Shown in pieces: positions 57,101 through 64,000 of a DNA stretch of 64,000 bases. This stretch comes from Cryobacterium sp. GTDB taxonomy: Bacteria; Actinomycetota; Actinomycetes; Actinomycetales; Microbacteriaceae. A model generated the notes under the pieces. It was not told the origin of the DNA. It was given only the letters and a program-made list of their open reading frames with translations, and did no database searches. Made by a program: the position numbers and the translations under genes. The stretch's first letter is position 1; every line of letters starts with the position of its first letter. The DNA lies in assembly GCF_025463825.1 (NCBI RefSeq), contig NZ_JAODBG010000035.1:35984-99983 (forward strand), written 5' to 3'.

Positions 57101-57201
57101 TGGAACTGGCCGCCGGGGCGCCCCTGCCGGTGGAGCCGCACGCGCTCACCCTGACCCTGCGCCCCTTCGAGATCGTCACGTTGCGATTCATCCGCCCCTG
57201 A
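54133..57201 (+). CDS. Alpha-mannosidase (GH38)
   Basis: GH38 N-terminal signature HAVGHAHIDSAWLWP. About 1020 aa. ATG 54133 is an internal start of the 53353 ORF, whose upstream part overlaps the permease gene in another frame. Confidence 0.85.
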   Translation: MHDDSALVELRISRFVRERLRPAINRATMPLTLESWDAPGEPVPFADAVGQDFTPFGTGRRWGRPWGTTWVHVTGTVPADWVVDDDVRLELVVDLGFSSATPGFQAEGLVFAPDGVILKAISPRNRSVPLSDEPGQPVDLYLEAAANPDVTSGFTFVATDKGDLATAGDKNLYTLRRVDLALRDETVWQLLADFWTLTGLMRELPAGSIRRADILRALERCIDTVDPDDVAGTAARGRAALADVLDRPANASAHRLHAVGHAHIDSAWLWPVRETVRKVARTFSNVLALIDANPDFAFAASSAQQYAWLKEFYPELFARVKVQIAAGSFVPVGGMWVESDTNMPGGEALVRQFVAGKRFFLTEFGIEPLEVWLPDSFGYSAALPQIVALAGSKWFLTQKTSWNETNLMPHHTFRWEGIDGTRIFTHFPPVDTYNAELSGEELARAERQYAEKGAANTSLVPFGFGDGGGGPTEEMIAAARRTASLEGSPTVELSTPRRFFETAEAEYPDPPVWSGELYLEFHRGTYTSQARTKRGNRRSEHLLREAELWAATAAVRTGAEYPYDLLERTWHTVLLQQFHDILPGSSIAWVHQEAERNYAAVADTLTDLIESTVRGLCSAGDATVLLNAGPFALAGVAGLAGADAAPPNPAAPAGTVTVTHTPSGIVLDNGLVAVTIDANGLFSSVWDVAAHRELVPLGSPGNLLQLHRDTPTQWDAWDIDEHYKRNTVDLAAAESVEVVLDTADRAVVRVARAFGSSRVVENITLRAGSPAIDLHFDLDWHERQKLLKLAFPLDLNADRAASEIQFGHVYRSTHTNTSWDAARFETVAHRWVHVGEPGYGVAVANDSTYGYDIGRSPDGAGRSATTVRLSLLRAAVFPDPAADQGRHELRVSLRLGSGIPEAVAEGYRLNLPVRTVTGVADPVVEPLLRVDNPAVVIEAVKLAEDRSGDLIVRLYEAHGNRSTARLIRHFEATDVVETDLLERTLAEPRVELAAGAPLPVEPHALTLTLRPFEIVTLRFIRP

Positions 57202-57207
57202 AACCTT

Positions 57208-57260
57208 GCGAGAGCGGTGGTGTGGTTCCGGGGCGGAGGTGACCACAACCCCGCTCTCGT
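57208..57260. repeat. Family D hairpin at the convergent junction GH38 / ABC exporter
   Basis: CGAGAGCGGTGGTGTGGT pairs with ACCACAACCCCGCTCTCG at 16 of 18 positions, with a 16-nt loop. Confidence 0.55.
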
Positions 57261-57277
57261 GGAAGGAACGGCGCGGG

Positions 57278-59206
57278 TTAGACCAGCAGCTGGTGCTTGG
57301 CCAGGTCGCGGTACAGCGGCGTGGAAACGACCAGTTCGGAATGGGTTCCGGTGCCGACGACCTCACCGTGGTCGAGCACCACGATCTGGTCGGAATCCAC
57401 CACGGTCGACAGGCGGTGCGCGATCACGATCAGGGTGCGGTCCATCGCCACGGCGTCGATCGCCTCGCGCATCAGCTGCTCGTTCATGCCGTCCAGGCTG
57501 GAGGTGGACTCGTCCAGCAGCAGGATCGGCGGGGCCGCGAGCAGCGCCCGGGCGATCGCCAGCCGCTGGCGCTCGCCGCCGGAGAGCTTGACGCCGTCCT
57601 CGCCGACCGCCGCGCCGAGGCCGGCCGGGTCGCGGTCGAGCACCTCGCCGAGGTTCACCGCGTGCAGCACGACCACGCACTGCTCGTCCGTGGCGTCGGG
57701 GCTGGCCAGGGTGAGGTTGTCGCGCAGTGAGCCGGCCAACACCGGGGCGTCCTGCTCCACGTAGCCAATCTGGCCGCGGAGTTCCTCGCGGTCCAGGCTC
57801 CGGATGTCGAGGCCGCCGAGGCGCACCACGCCGGAGTCGGCGTCGTAGAACCGCTCGATCAGCGCGAGGATGGTGCTCTTTCCGGCCCCGGACGGACCGA
57901 CCAGTGCGGTGCGCAGGCCTCGCGGGGCGCTGAACGACACCCCGCGCAACACGGGGGTCTGCGCGGCCGGCGTGGTGGCGGCGGGGGCGTTCAGCTGCTC
58001 GCCGGTGGAAGCATCCGTCGTGGCCAGCGCCGTCGGGGCGTAGGAGAAGCGCACGTCTTCGAACGCGATCGCGGGTGCCTGCGGGTTGACCTTGGCGTTC
58101 GCGGCGCCCACCACCATCGCCAGCGGGGCGATCTCCCGGTCGAACTGGTCCTCACTGGGCAGGTCGATGATCTCCTGGATACGGCCGAGCGCGCCGAGCG
58201 CCGAGTTGATCGAGGTGATCGCGCCGAAGAACTGGCCCAGCGGCATGATCATCATGAACAGGAACAGGATGAACGCCACCAGGTCGGCGACGGTGATGCT
58301 GCCGGCGGCGACGCGGAAACCGCCGACGCCGAGCACCACGAGCAACGACACCTGCAGGGCGATGCCGGCGATGGGCACGACCAGGGCGGAGACCTTGGCG
58401 ACCTTGATGCCCATCTGCCAGGCGCCCTCGGCGTCCTTCTCCACCACGGCGATCTCCCGCGCTGTTGCGTTCGCGGCGCGCACCGTGCGCACGGCGCTGA
58501 TGGCCCGCTCCACACTGGCGGCCAGGTCGCCGACCTTGGTCTGGGCGGCCAGGCTGGCGGTGCGGATGCGCTGGGAGAGCAGCACCACGGTGACCACCGA
58601 GACGGCGATCACCAGCACGGTCAGGCCCAGCAGCACCGGGTCGATGATGAGCATCGCGATGATGGCGCCCACGAAGGTGAGCGAACCGCCGATGGCCTCC
58701 ACGCCGCCCTGGGTGAGTACGGCGCGCAGCAGGGTGGTGTCCGAACTCACCCGGGAGACCAGGTCGCCGGTGCGGCGGGCGTCGAACTGGCTGATCGGCA
58801 GGTTCAGCATCCGCCCGATGAGGCGCTTGCGGCTGGAGAGCACCACGCCCTCGCCGGTGCGCTGCAACAGGTAGTGCTGGTAGCCGCTGATCAGGGCGGA
58901 GATCACCACCAGCGCCACGAGCGCGGTGACGATGTTGTCGAGCGGGTCGCCGGCCTCGACGAGGGTGATCACCTGGCTGACCAGCAACGGCTGGGCCAGG
59001 CTGGCGGCGGCGCCGAGCACGCTGAGCACGATGACCACGCTGAGCACGGCCTTGTGCTCGGTCAGGTATGGCAGCAGCTGTTTGAAGGAGGCCCGCGGAC
59101 CCTCGACGGACGCGCTCCGGCGCCCCAGCCGGGAACGGGGCTTGGGGGCGGGGGTGTCGCTCGACGCGGAGGGAGGGGTGTTGGACCCGGAGGTAGTCGT
59201 ACTCAC
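57278..59206 (-). CDS. ABC exporter, fused transmembrane and ATP-binding domains (MsbA/MdlB-like)
   Basis: Six N-terminal TM helices, then Walker A (GPSGAGKST), the signature (LSGGERQRLAIA) and Walker B (ILLLDEST). Confidence 0.85.
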   Translation of the reverse strand: MSTTTSGSNTPPSASSDTPAPKPRSRLGRRSASVEGPRASFKQLLPYLTEHKAVLSVVIVLSVLGAAASLAQPLLVSQVITLVEAGDPLDNIVTALVALVVISALISGYQHYLLQRTGEGVVLSSRKRLIGRMLNLPISQFDARRTGDLVSRVSSDTTLLRAVLTQGGVEAIGGSLTFVGAIIAMLIIDPVLLGLTVLVIAVSVVTVVLLSQRIRTASLAAQTKVGDLAASVERAISAVRTVRAANATAREIAVVEKDAEGAWQMGIKVAKVSALVVPIAGIALQVSLLVVLGVGGFRVAAGSITVADLVAFILFLFMMIMPLGQFFGAITSINSALGALGRIQEIIDLPSEDQFDREIAPLAMVVGAANAKVNPQAPAIAFEDVRFSYAPTALATTDASTGEQLNAPAATTPAAQTPVLRGVSFSAPRGLRTALVGPSGAGKSTILALIERFYDADSGVVRLGGLDIRSLDREELRGQIGYVEQDAPVLAGSLRDNLTLASPDATDEQCVVVLHAVNLGEVLDRDPAGLGAAVGEDGVKLSGGERQRLAIARALLAAPPILLLDESTSSLDGMNEQLMREAIDAVAMDRTLIVIAHRLSTVVDSDQIVVLDHGEVVGTGTHSELVVSTPLYRDLAKHQLLV

Positions 59207-59271
59207 TCCCCGAGTTTAACCGCCGCAGACGGGCATCCGCGTGTGCCGCGCACCGCGCCCGGCGGGCCGAG

Positions 59272-59520
59272 TCAGTCCTTCCGGCGGCTGCCGCCGTATT
59301 TCTTGTGCACGGCCTGACGGGAGACCTCGAGGGCCAGCGCGATCAGCTGCCAGGAGGTGTTCGCATTCCGGGCCCGACGCACGGCCAGGGCTTCGGCCCG
59401 GTCGAGCTCGCGGCGCTGCGCCTTGATCGCCCGCAGGGTGTCGATCGGGTCGCGCGAGCCGGCGTCGCCGAGGAGGGTGCGTCCAGTGTCATCCAACATG
59501 CCGTCAACCGTAGTTGACAC
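59272..59520 (-). CDS. Small helix-turn-helix protein (75-82 aa)
   Basis: C-terminal HTH-like segment (TSWQLIALALEVSRQAVHKKYG). The start is GTG 59520, or more likely a leaderless ATG 59499 (TTGACA, 18 nt spacer, TACGGT, then 7 nt to the ATG). Confidence 0.55.
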   Translation of the reverse strand: MSTTVDGMLDDTGRTLLGDAGSRDPIDTLRAIKAQRRELDRAEALAVRRARNANTSWQLIALALEVSRQAVHKKYGGSRRKD

Positions 59521-59548
59521 TCGGCGCTGGTGTCAACCCACGTTGACA
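59503..59548. promoter_or_regulatory. Two GTCAAC-N4-GTTGAC palindromes 29 bp apart at the 5' end of the small HTH gene
   Basis: GTCAACcgtaGTTGAC at 59503-59518 and TGTCAACccacGTTGACA at 59531-59548. The second supplies a TTGACA -35 on the minus strand. Confidence 0.5.
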
Positions 59549-59589
59549 TCGCTCGGAGTGTCTCCGCGAACGCGGGTCAGGCGCCGGCA

Positions 59590-59633
59590 CGCGGGCGGCG
59601 CGCCACCCGCGCAACGGCGCCGTACCCGCTCAG
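59590..59633 (+). repeat. Family B copy (22-mer palindrome with one mismatch plus flanking motif)
   Basis: CGCGGGCGGCGCGCCACCCGCG at 59590-59611. The 15-mer GGCGCGCCACCCGCG is identical to 49413-49427. Confidence 0.5.
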
Positions 59634-59690
59634 CTCGAAAAATGGCGGGTGCGGCGTCGGATGCGTGGTTCGCGGGGCGGATGTTGCGGG

Positions 59691-61046
59691 TCAGCGCTCC
59701 AGGTCGAGGTCCCGGGTCTCGCGGCTCAGGTACAACGCCACCAGGGTGATCAGGCCCATCACCGAGAGGTAGATGCCGACCCAGAACGGGCTGCCCTCAC
59801 CGAGGGTCCACAGCCACACGGCGATGAATGGGGCAACGGCCGCGCCGAGGATCGAGCTCATGTTGTAGGCGAACGCGGAGCCGGTGTACCGCACCTGGGT
59901 GGGGAACAGCTCGGGCAGCAGCGCGCCCATCGGGCCGAAGGTCATGCCCATCAGGGTGAAGCCGAGGATCAGGAAGATCATCACACCGAGGAAGCCGGCG
60001 CCCAGCAGCGGCACGAACAGGAAACCGAACACGACGATGCCCGCGGTGACCCAGAGCAGCGTGCGGCGGCGGCCGAACTTGTCGGCCCAGGGGCCGGAGG
60101 CGAGGGTGAAGATGCCGAAGAACACCACCCCGCCGATCATCATCAGCACGAACGTCGTGTAGCTGTAGCCCAGGCCCGCCACCGGCGCATCCGTCGCGGC
60201 GCGGCCGTAGCTGAGGCTGAACGTGGTCATCAGGTAGAACAGCACGTAGGTGGCCAGCATGATGAACGTGCCCAGGATGAGTTCCCGCCAGTTGGTCTTG
60301 AACACCGCGGCCAGCGGCAGCTTGGCGACCTTCTTGGTGGTGACGATCTTGGTGAACGCGTCGCTCTCAACCAGGCGCAGGCGCACCCAGAGGCCGACGA
60401 TGACCATGACGGCGCTGAACAGGAACGGCACCCGCCAGGCCCACTCGAGGAACGCGTCAGACGGCCGGGTCGGGTCGTCGGAGGGCAGCAGCACCGCGAT
60501 GAGCAGGAACAGGCCGTTCGCGATGATGAAGCCGAGCGGGGCGCCGACCTGCGGGAAGGTGCCGTACCAGGCGCGCTTGCCCGTGGGGGCGTTCTCCGTG
60601 GCGACCAGGGCGGCACCACTCCACTCGCCGCCGAGCGCGAATCCCTGGGCGAGGCGCAGGATGACGAGCATCGCGGGGGCGAGCCAGCCGACCATCGCGT
60701 AGGTGGGCAGCAGGCCGATCAGGAACGTCGCGATGCCCATGGTCAGGAGCGCGCCGACCAGGGTGGCCTTGCGGCCCTTCTTGTCCCCGAAGTGTCCGAA
60801 GAACAGGGCGCCGAGCGGGCGGGCGACCATGGCGGCGCCGAACACCGCGAAGGAGGCCAGGAGGGCCGCGGTCTCGTTGCCGGAGGGGAAGAACAGGTGC
60901 GGGAAGACCAGGACCGCCGCGGTGGCGTAGACATAGAAGTCGTAGAACTCGATCGTCGTGCCGATGAGGCTGGCGAGGACGACGCGACTGCGCGGGTTCG
61001 TGGGCGCGGGGGCGACGGACGTGGCCGCCGCGGTGGATGCTGACAT
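59691..61046 (-). CDS. MFS transporter, metabolite:H+ symporter (MHS) type
   Basis: ASLIGTTIEFYDFYVYATAA N-terminal motif and 12 TM segments. ATG 61046 is an internal start of the 61193 ORF. Confidence 0.8.
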   Translation of the reverse strand: MSASTAAATSVAPAPTNPRSRVVLASLIGTTIEFYDFYVYATAAVLVFPHLFFPSGNETAALLASFAVFGAAMVARPLGALFFGHFGDKKGRKATLVGALLTMGIATFLIGLLPTYAMVGWLAPAMLVILRLAQGFALGGEWSGAALVATENAPTGKRAWYGTFPQVGAPLGFIIANGLFLLIAVLLPSDDPTRPSDAFLEWAWRVPFLFSAVMVIVGLWVRLRLVESDAFTKIVTTKKVAKLPLAAVFKTNWRELILGTFIMLATYVLFYLMTTFSLSYGRAATDAPVAGLGYSYTTFVLMMIGGVVFFGIFTLASGPWADKFGRRRTLLWVTAGIVVFGFLFVPLLGAGFLGVMIFLILGFTLMGMTFGPMGALLPELFPTQVRYTGSAFAYNMSSILGAAVAPFIAVWLWTLGEGSPFWVGIYLSVMGLITLVALYLSRETRDLDLER

Positions 61047-61133
61047 GGGGAAAGGCGCTCTCGAATAGAGGAAGTGGGAGGGTGAGTGGCGGCGCGGGGC
61101 GGCGGTCAGTCGTCCGGGGCGGCGGGTTCGCTT

Positions 61134-61164
61134 CAGGAAAAGAGGTCGGCCGCTTGTGGCGGCC
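61134..61164 (-). terminator. Weak terminator-like hairpin plus T-tract after the histidine kinase gene
   Basis: On the minus strand, a GGCCGC-cacaa-GCGGCC hairpin is followed by GACCTCTTTTCC. Confidence 0.35.
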
Positions 61165-61173
61165 TGATTCACT

Positions 61174-62835
61174 TTACCTTCGAGCCCCGGCACCCGGCGA
61201 ATCCGACGGAGCGGCCGCCGGGTCGACGACCGGCATCCGCCGGGGCAGGCCCACCGTCGCGTGGGTTCCGGTGCGGCCGTCGGACTGCAGGTCGATGGTG
61301 CCGCCGAGCCTGTCGACGAGACCCTTGGTCAGGGGCAGCCCGAGGCCGGTGCCCGGGAGGGATTCGGCGCTGGCCGACCGGTAGAAGCGGTCGAAGACCC
61401 GCTCGATCTCCGTCGATGGGATGCCGATGCCGTTGTCGCTGACCGTGAGCAGCACACCGTCGCCGTCCGGGTCGCCGGAGCAGCCCACCCAGACCTGCCC
61501 GTCGGTGGGGGTGAACTTCACCGCGTTGGAGACCAGGTTGGTCACGATCCGGCGGAGGTCGGCGGCCGAGCTCTGCAGCGTGAGCGAGCCGTCGCCGAAC
61601 TCGGCGGCCAGGGCCACTCCCGCGGTCTGCGCCAGCGGGGCCAGCTCCTCCACGCACTCGGATACCAGCGCCCGCAGGTCGACGAGCGCGGCCTCGTGGG
61701 TGTCGGTCTGGATGCTCATCCTGGAGAGATCGAGCAGGTTCTCCACGAGCTGCGCCAGCCGGTGCGAGTTGCGCACGATCACCCGGGTGAACCGGGCCTG
61801 GTCGGGGTCGAGGTCGGTGTCCTCCAGCTCTTCGGCATACCCCAGGATGCTGGTGATCGGCGTGCGCAGCTCATGGCTGACCGACGAGACGAAGTCGTCC
61901 TTCTGCCGGTTCAGGTCGCGCAGGGCGTGCACCACATCGCGTTCCCGGTCGAGCAGGTCGTCGCGTTGCGCGAGCTCCGCCGCGAGCAGCAGCACGGATG
62001 CGGCGTAGGTGAGCAGGAAGATCTGCACCAGGTAGCCGGTGGTGGAGGTGTCGTCCTGGCCACCGGTGAAGTAGCCCACTCCCAGGGAGGTGAAGGCCGA
62101 GGCGACGATCGCCGATCCGCACAGCTCCCAGCTCACCACACGAATGCCGAAGCGGAACGCCGCCCACGTGAGGAGCGGCAGGATGAGGAAGGACAGGGGC
62201 AGCGACTGGCCGGGCCCGCAGGCCACCACCAGGACCAGGCCCATGACGCCCACCTGGATCAGCAGCTCGGCGCGTCGTGCCGGGTTGATCCGGCGGCGGC
62301 GCACGAGGGCAAGCGGCACGATCACGAAAACCGCGAACGCGTGGGAGGGGATCACCGTGAGCAGCACGGCACCGAAGGAGCCGGTTCCGGCGGCGGCCAC
62401 CGTGGCACCGGCCAGCACGCCGAGGACCACGGCGCCGCAGAGCACCCCGATGGTGAACCGCAGCACCTCACGCACGGTGTCGAGCCGGGTCGCTTCGTCG
62501 CGGTTGGCGACGATCCGGGTGACCACCCACGCCTCGAGCGCGTTCGCCAGGCCGAACCCCAGTGCGACCGGCAGCGGGCGGCCGCCGCCGAGGTTCGCCG
62601 CGACGCAGGCCAGGCCCACCAGCACGGCGACCAGCCAGCGCTCGCGCCGTTTGGACACGCACAGGGCGAGCACCGCGGCGGCCGCGGCCGGCCACCAGAC
62701 CGCCATCCCGCTTCCGGTCGGCGGTGCCATCAGCGCGGCCAGGCCCAGGCCGTACACCAGCACCAGCAGCAGGGCGATCGCGGCGAGGCGCCAGCGGCGT
62801 GGTGCCGCCCACAGCGACGCGACGATGCTGTTCAT
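61174..62835 (-). CDS. Sensor histidine kinase with polytopic N-terminal (MASE1-like) sensor domain
   Basis: H-box (FVSSVSHELRTPITSILGY) and an HATPase_c domain with N, G1 and G2 boxes (LVSNAVKFT, DNGIGIP, GTGLGLPL). ATG 62835 is preceded by GGAGA. Confidence 0.8.
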   Translation of the reverse strand: MNSIVASLWAAPRRWRLAAIALLLVLVYGLGLAALMAPPTGSGMAVWWPAAAAAVLALCVSKRRERWLVAVLVGLACVAANLGGGRPLPVALGFGLANALEAWVVTRIVANRDEATRLDTVREVLRFTIGVLCGAVVLGVLAGATVAAAGTGSFGAVLLTVIPSHAFAVFVIVPLALVRRRRINPARRAELLIQVGVMGLVLVVACGPGQSLPLSFLILPLLTWAAFRFGIRVVSWELCGSAIVASAFTSLGVGYFTGGQDDTSTTGYLVQIFLLTYAASVLLLAAELAQRDDLLDRERDVVHALRDLNRQKDDFVSSVSHELRTPITSILGYAEELEDTDLDPDQARFTRVIVRNSHRLAQLVENLLDLSRMSIQTDTHEAALVDLRALVSECVEELAPLAQTAGVALAAEFGDGSLTLQSSAADLRRIVTNLVSNAVKFTPTDGQVWVGCSGDPDGDGVLLTVSDNGIGIPSTEIERVFDRFYRSASAESLPGTGLGLPLTKGLVDRLGGTIDLQSDGRTGTHATVGLPRRMPVVDPAAAPSDSPGAGARR

Positions 62836-62960
62836 CGGCGTGGTTTCTCCCCCGTGCACTCCTGCCGCGGCGCGGTTGGATATTGTCAACCTAGCGTGTG
62901 GTGTCCCTATTACAGGTGACAGGCGCGAAAGATCAAACGGTGAACCAGGAGATATGACGG

Positions 62961-63347
62961 ATGGCTCGGATACTGATCGTCGAAGACGACGAAGACGTGA
63001 GGGCCCTGATCGCCCACAAACTGCGCCGGGCCGGGCACGACGTGTCCGAGGCGGGTGACGGTGAGCAGGGCCTCGCGGCCGCCCGCGCCTGGGCGCCGGA
63101 GCTGATGGTGCTGGACTGGATGATGCCCAAGCTCACGGGCATCGAGGTGTGCGCGCAGATCCGCGCCGACACGTCCGTGCCGCAGCCGCGCATCCTGCTG
63201 CTCACCGCGAAGTCGCAGGAGCGTGACATCGCCCTGGCCATGCAGAGCGGCGCGGATGCGTACCTGATCAAGCCGTTCCGCGCCAACGACCTGCTCGAGC
63301 GGGTCACCGCCCTGCTGGGAGTGCCTAGCGGGCGCGCAACTGCCTGA
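62961..63347 (+). CDS. Single-domain (receiver-only) response regulator
   Basis: [10 protein letters not shown], the phospho-acceptor context VLDWMMP, and KPF. 128 aa with no output domain. Confidence 0.8.
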   Translation: MARILIVEDDEDVRALIAHKLRRAGHDVSEAGDGEQGLAAARAWAPELMVLDWMMPKLTGIEVCAQIRADTSVPQPRILLLTAKSQERDIALAMQSGADAYLIKPFRANDLLERVTALLGVPSGRATA

Positions 63348-63798
63348 GCACGGTCGCCGTGGACAGCGCCGCCGTGGCGGCCTCCTCGCCCTTGTCCTCT
63401 TTCGAGCCGGGCAGGCCGGCCCGGTCCAGGCCCTGCTGCTCGTCGTCGAGGGTGAGCACCCCGAAGCCCACGGGCTTGCCGGTGTCCAGCGCCACCCGGG
63501 TGAGGCCATCCGTGGCCGCCGCCGAGACGTACTCGAAGTGCGGGGTGCCTCCGCGGATGATCACGCCGAGCGCCACCACCGCGTCGGCGCCACTGTCCAG
63601 CGCCACCTTGCTCGCCACGGGCAGTTCGAAACTGCCCGGCACGCGCACCAGGGAGAACGTGGCCCCCGACGCTTCGAGCACCCGGGTGGCCCCGGCGATG
63701 AGACCGTCGGTGATCACGTCGTGCCAGCGGCCGGCGATGATCACCACCTCCAGTCCGGTGCCGTCGACGTCGATTTCGGGGGAGCCTGCTCCACTCAT
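63325..63798 (-). CDS. ribH: 6,7-dimethyl-8-ribityllumazine synthase
   Basis: [11 protein letters not shown] and [13 protein letters not shown] signatures. 157 aa. Confidence 0.9.
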   Translation of the reverse strand: MSGAGSPEIDVDGTGLEVVIIAGRWHDVITDGLIAGATRVLEASGATFSLVRVPGSFELPVASKVALDSGADAVVALGVIIRGGTPHFEYVSAAATDGLTRVALDTGKPVGFGVLTLDDEQQGLDRAGLPGSKEDKGEEAATAALSTATVLRQLRAR

Positions 63799-64000
63799 AG
63801 TGCGAGTCCTTTCACGATCTGGTGTGCGCTGATGTCATGGCCCATGCGGTCGCGCTTGGCCGCCAGGTAGTCCTCGTTGTGGCTGCCGACGCCCACGATC
63901 AGCGGCACCCGTTCGGTGACCGTCACGCCGTGCGCTTCAAGCTGGCGCACCTTCTCCGGGTTGTTGGTGAGCAGCCGCACCGAGGTGAGGCCGAGTTCGT
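63795..64000 (-). CDS. ribBA: Bifunctional DHBP synthase / GTP cyclohydrolase II, C-terminal end only (continues past the window edge)
   Basis: The frame stays open to position 64000. [19 protein letters not shown] is the typical GTP cyclohydrolase II C-terminus. The stop overlaps the ribH start. Confidence 0.8.
   Translation of the reverse strand, partial: ELGLTSVRLLTNNPEKVRQLEAHGVTVTERVPLIVGVGSHNEDYLAAKRDRMGHDISAHQIVKGLAL

Overview
This is a very GC-rich segment with strong GC3 bias and a Microbacteriaceae-like protein flavour (the taxon is inference only). It is densely coding, with about 55 protein genes. I found no rRNA or tRNA gene, no transposase, integrase or phage gene, and no CRISPR array.

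Gene content is mostly housekeeping and carbohydrate scavenging:
- Two tandem SGNH hydrolases.
- A LuxR/MalT-type (LAL) regulator followed by a three-gene membrane/small-protein operon.
- Gfo/Idh/MocA oxidoreductase, PBP4-type DD-peptidase, PncA-like nicotinamidase, GabD, TrmH, a monocistronic Amt, and a thiolase plus HSD10-like SDR pair.
- A TetR-linked Dpp/Opp-type ABC importer followed by GH3 and GH43 glycosidases.
- An APC permease, GNAT, two aldo/keto reductases and an FMN reductase.
- A LacI-controlled CUT1 sugar ABC locus with a GH78 rhamnosidase and a second GH43-like enzyme.
- Two translationally coupled GAF-ANTAR genes behind a DUF808 gene.
- Two paralogous nucleoside-hydrolase-like genes.
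- A RamB/PrpR-like regulator divergent from pckG.
- A ROK-controlled CUT1 locus with a GH38 alpha-mannosidase.
- An ABC exporter, a small HTH gene, an MHS-type MFS transporter, a MASE1-like histidine kinase divergent from a receiver-only response regulator, and ribH/ribBA at the right edge.

I do not see a convincing complete novel multi-gene system such as a defence island or mobile element. The best candidates for follow-up are:
1. The coupled GAF-ANTAR paralog pair (42301-43706).
2. The LAL-headed operon of uncharacterised membrane and small proteins (1379-6149).
3. At least four families of short intergenic repeat or palindromic elements that recur at several loci in the window.
4. A likely frameshift at the 3' end of a sugar-binding-protein gene (about 35505-35520).
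5. Non-canonical nucleoside-hydrolase-like paralogs.
6. A peptide-type ABC importer wired to glycosidases.

All functional calls come from motif recognition by eye. No database search was run.
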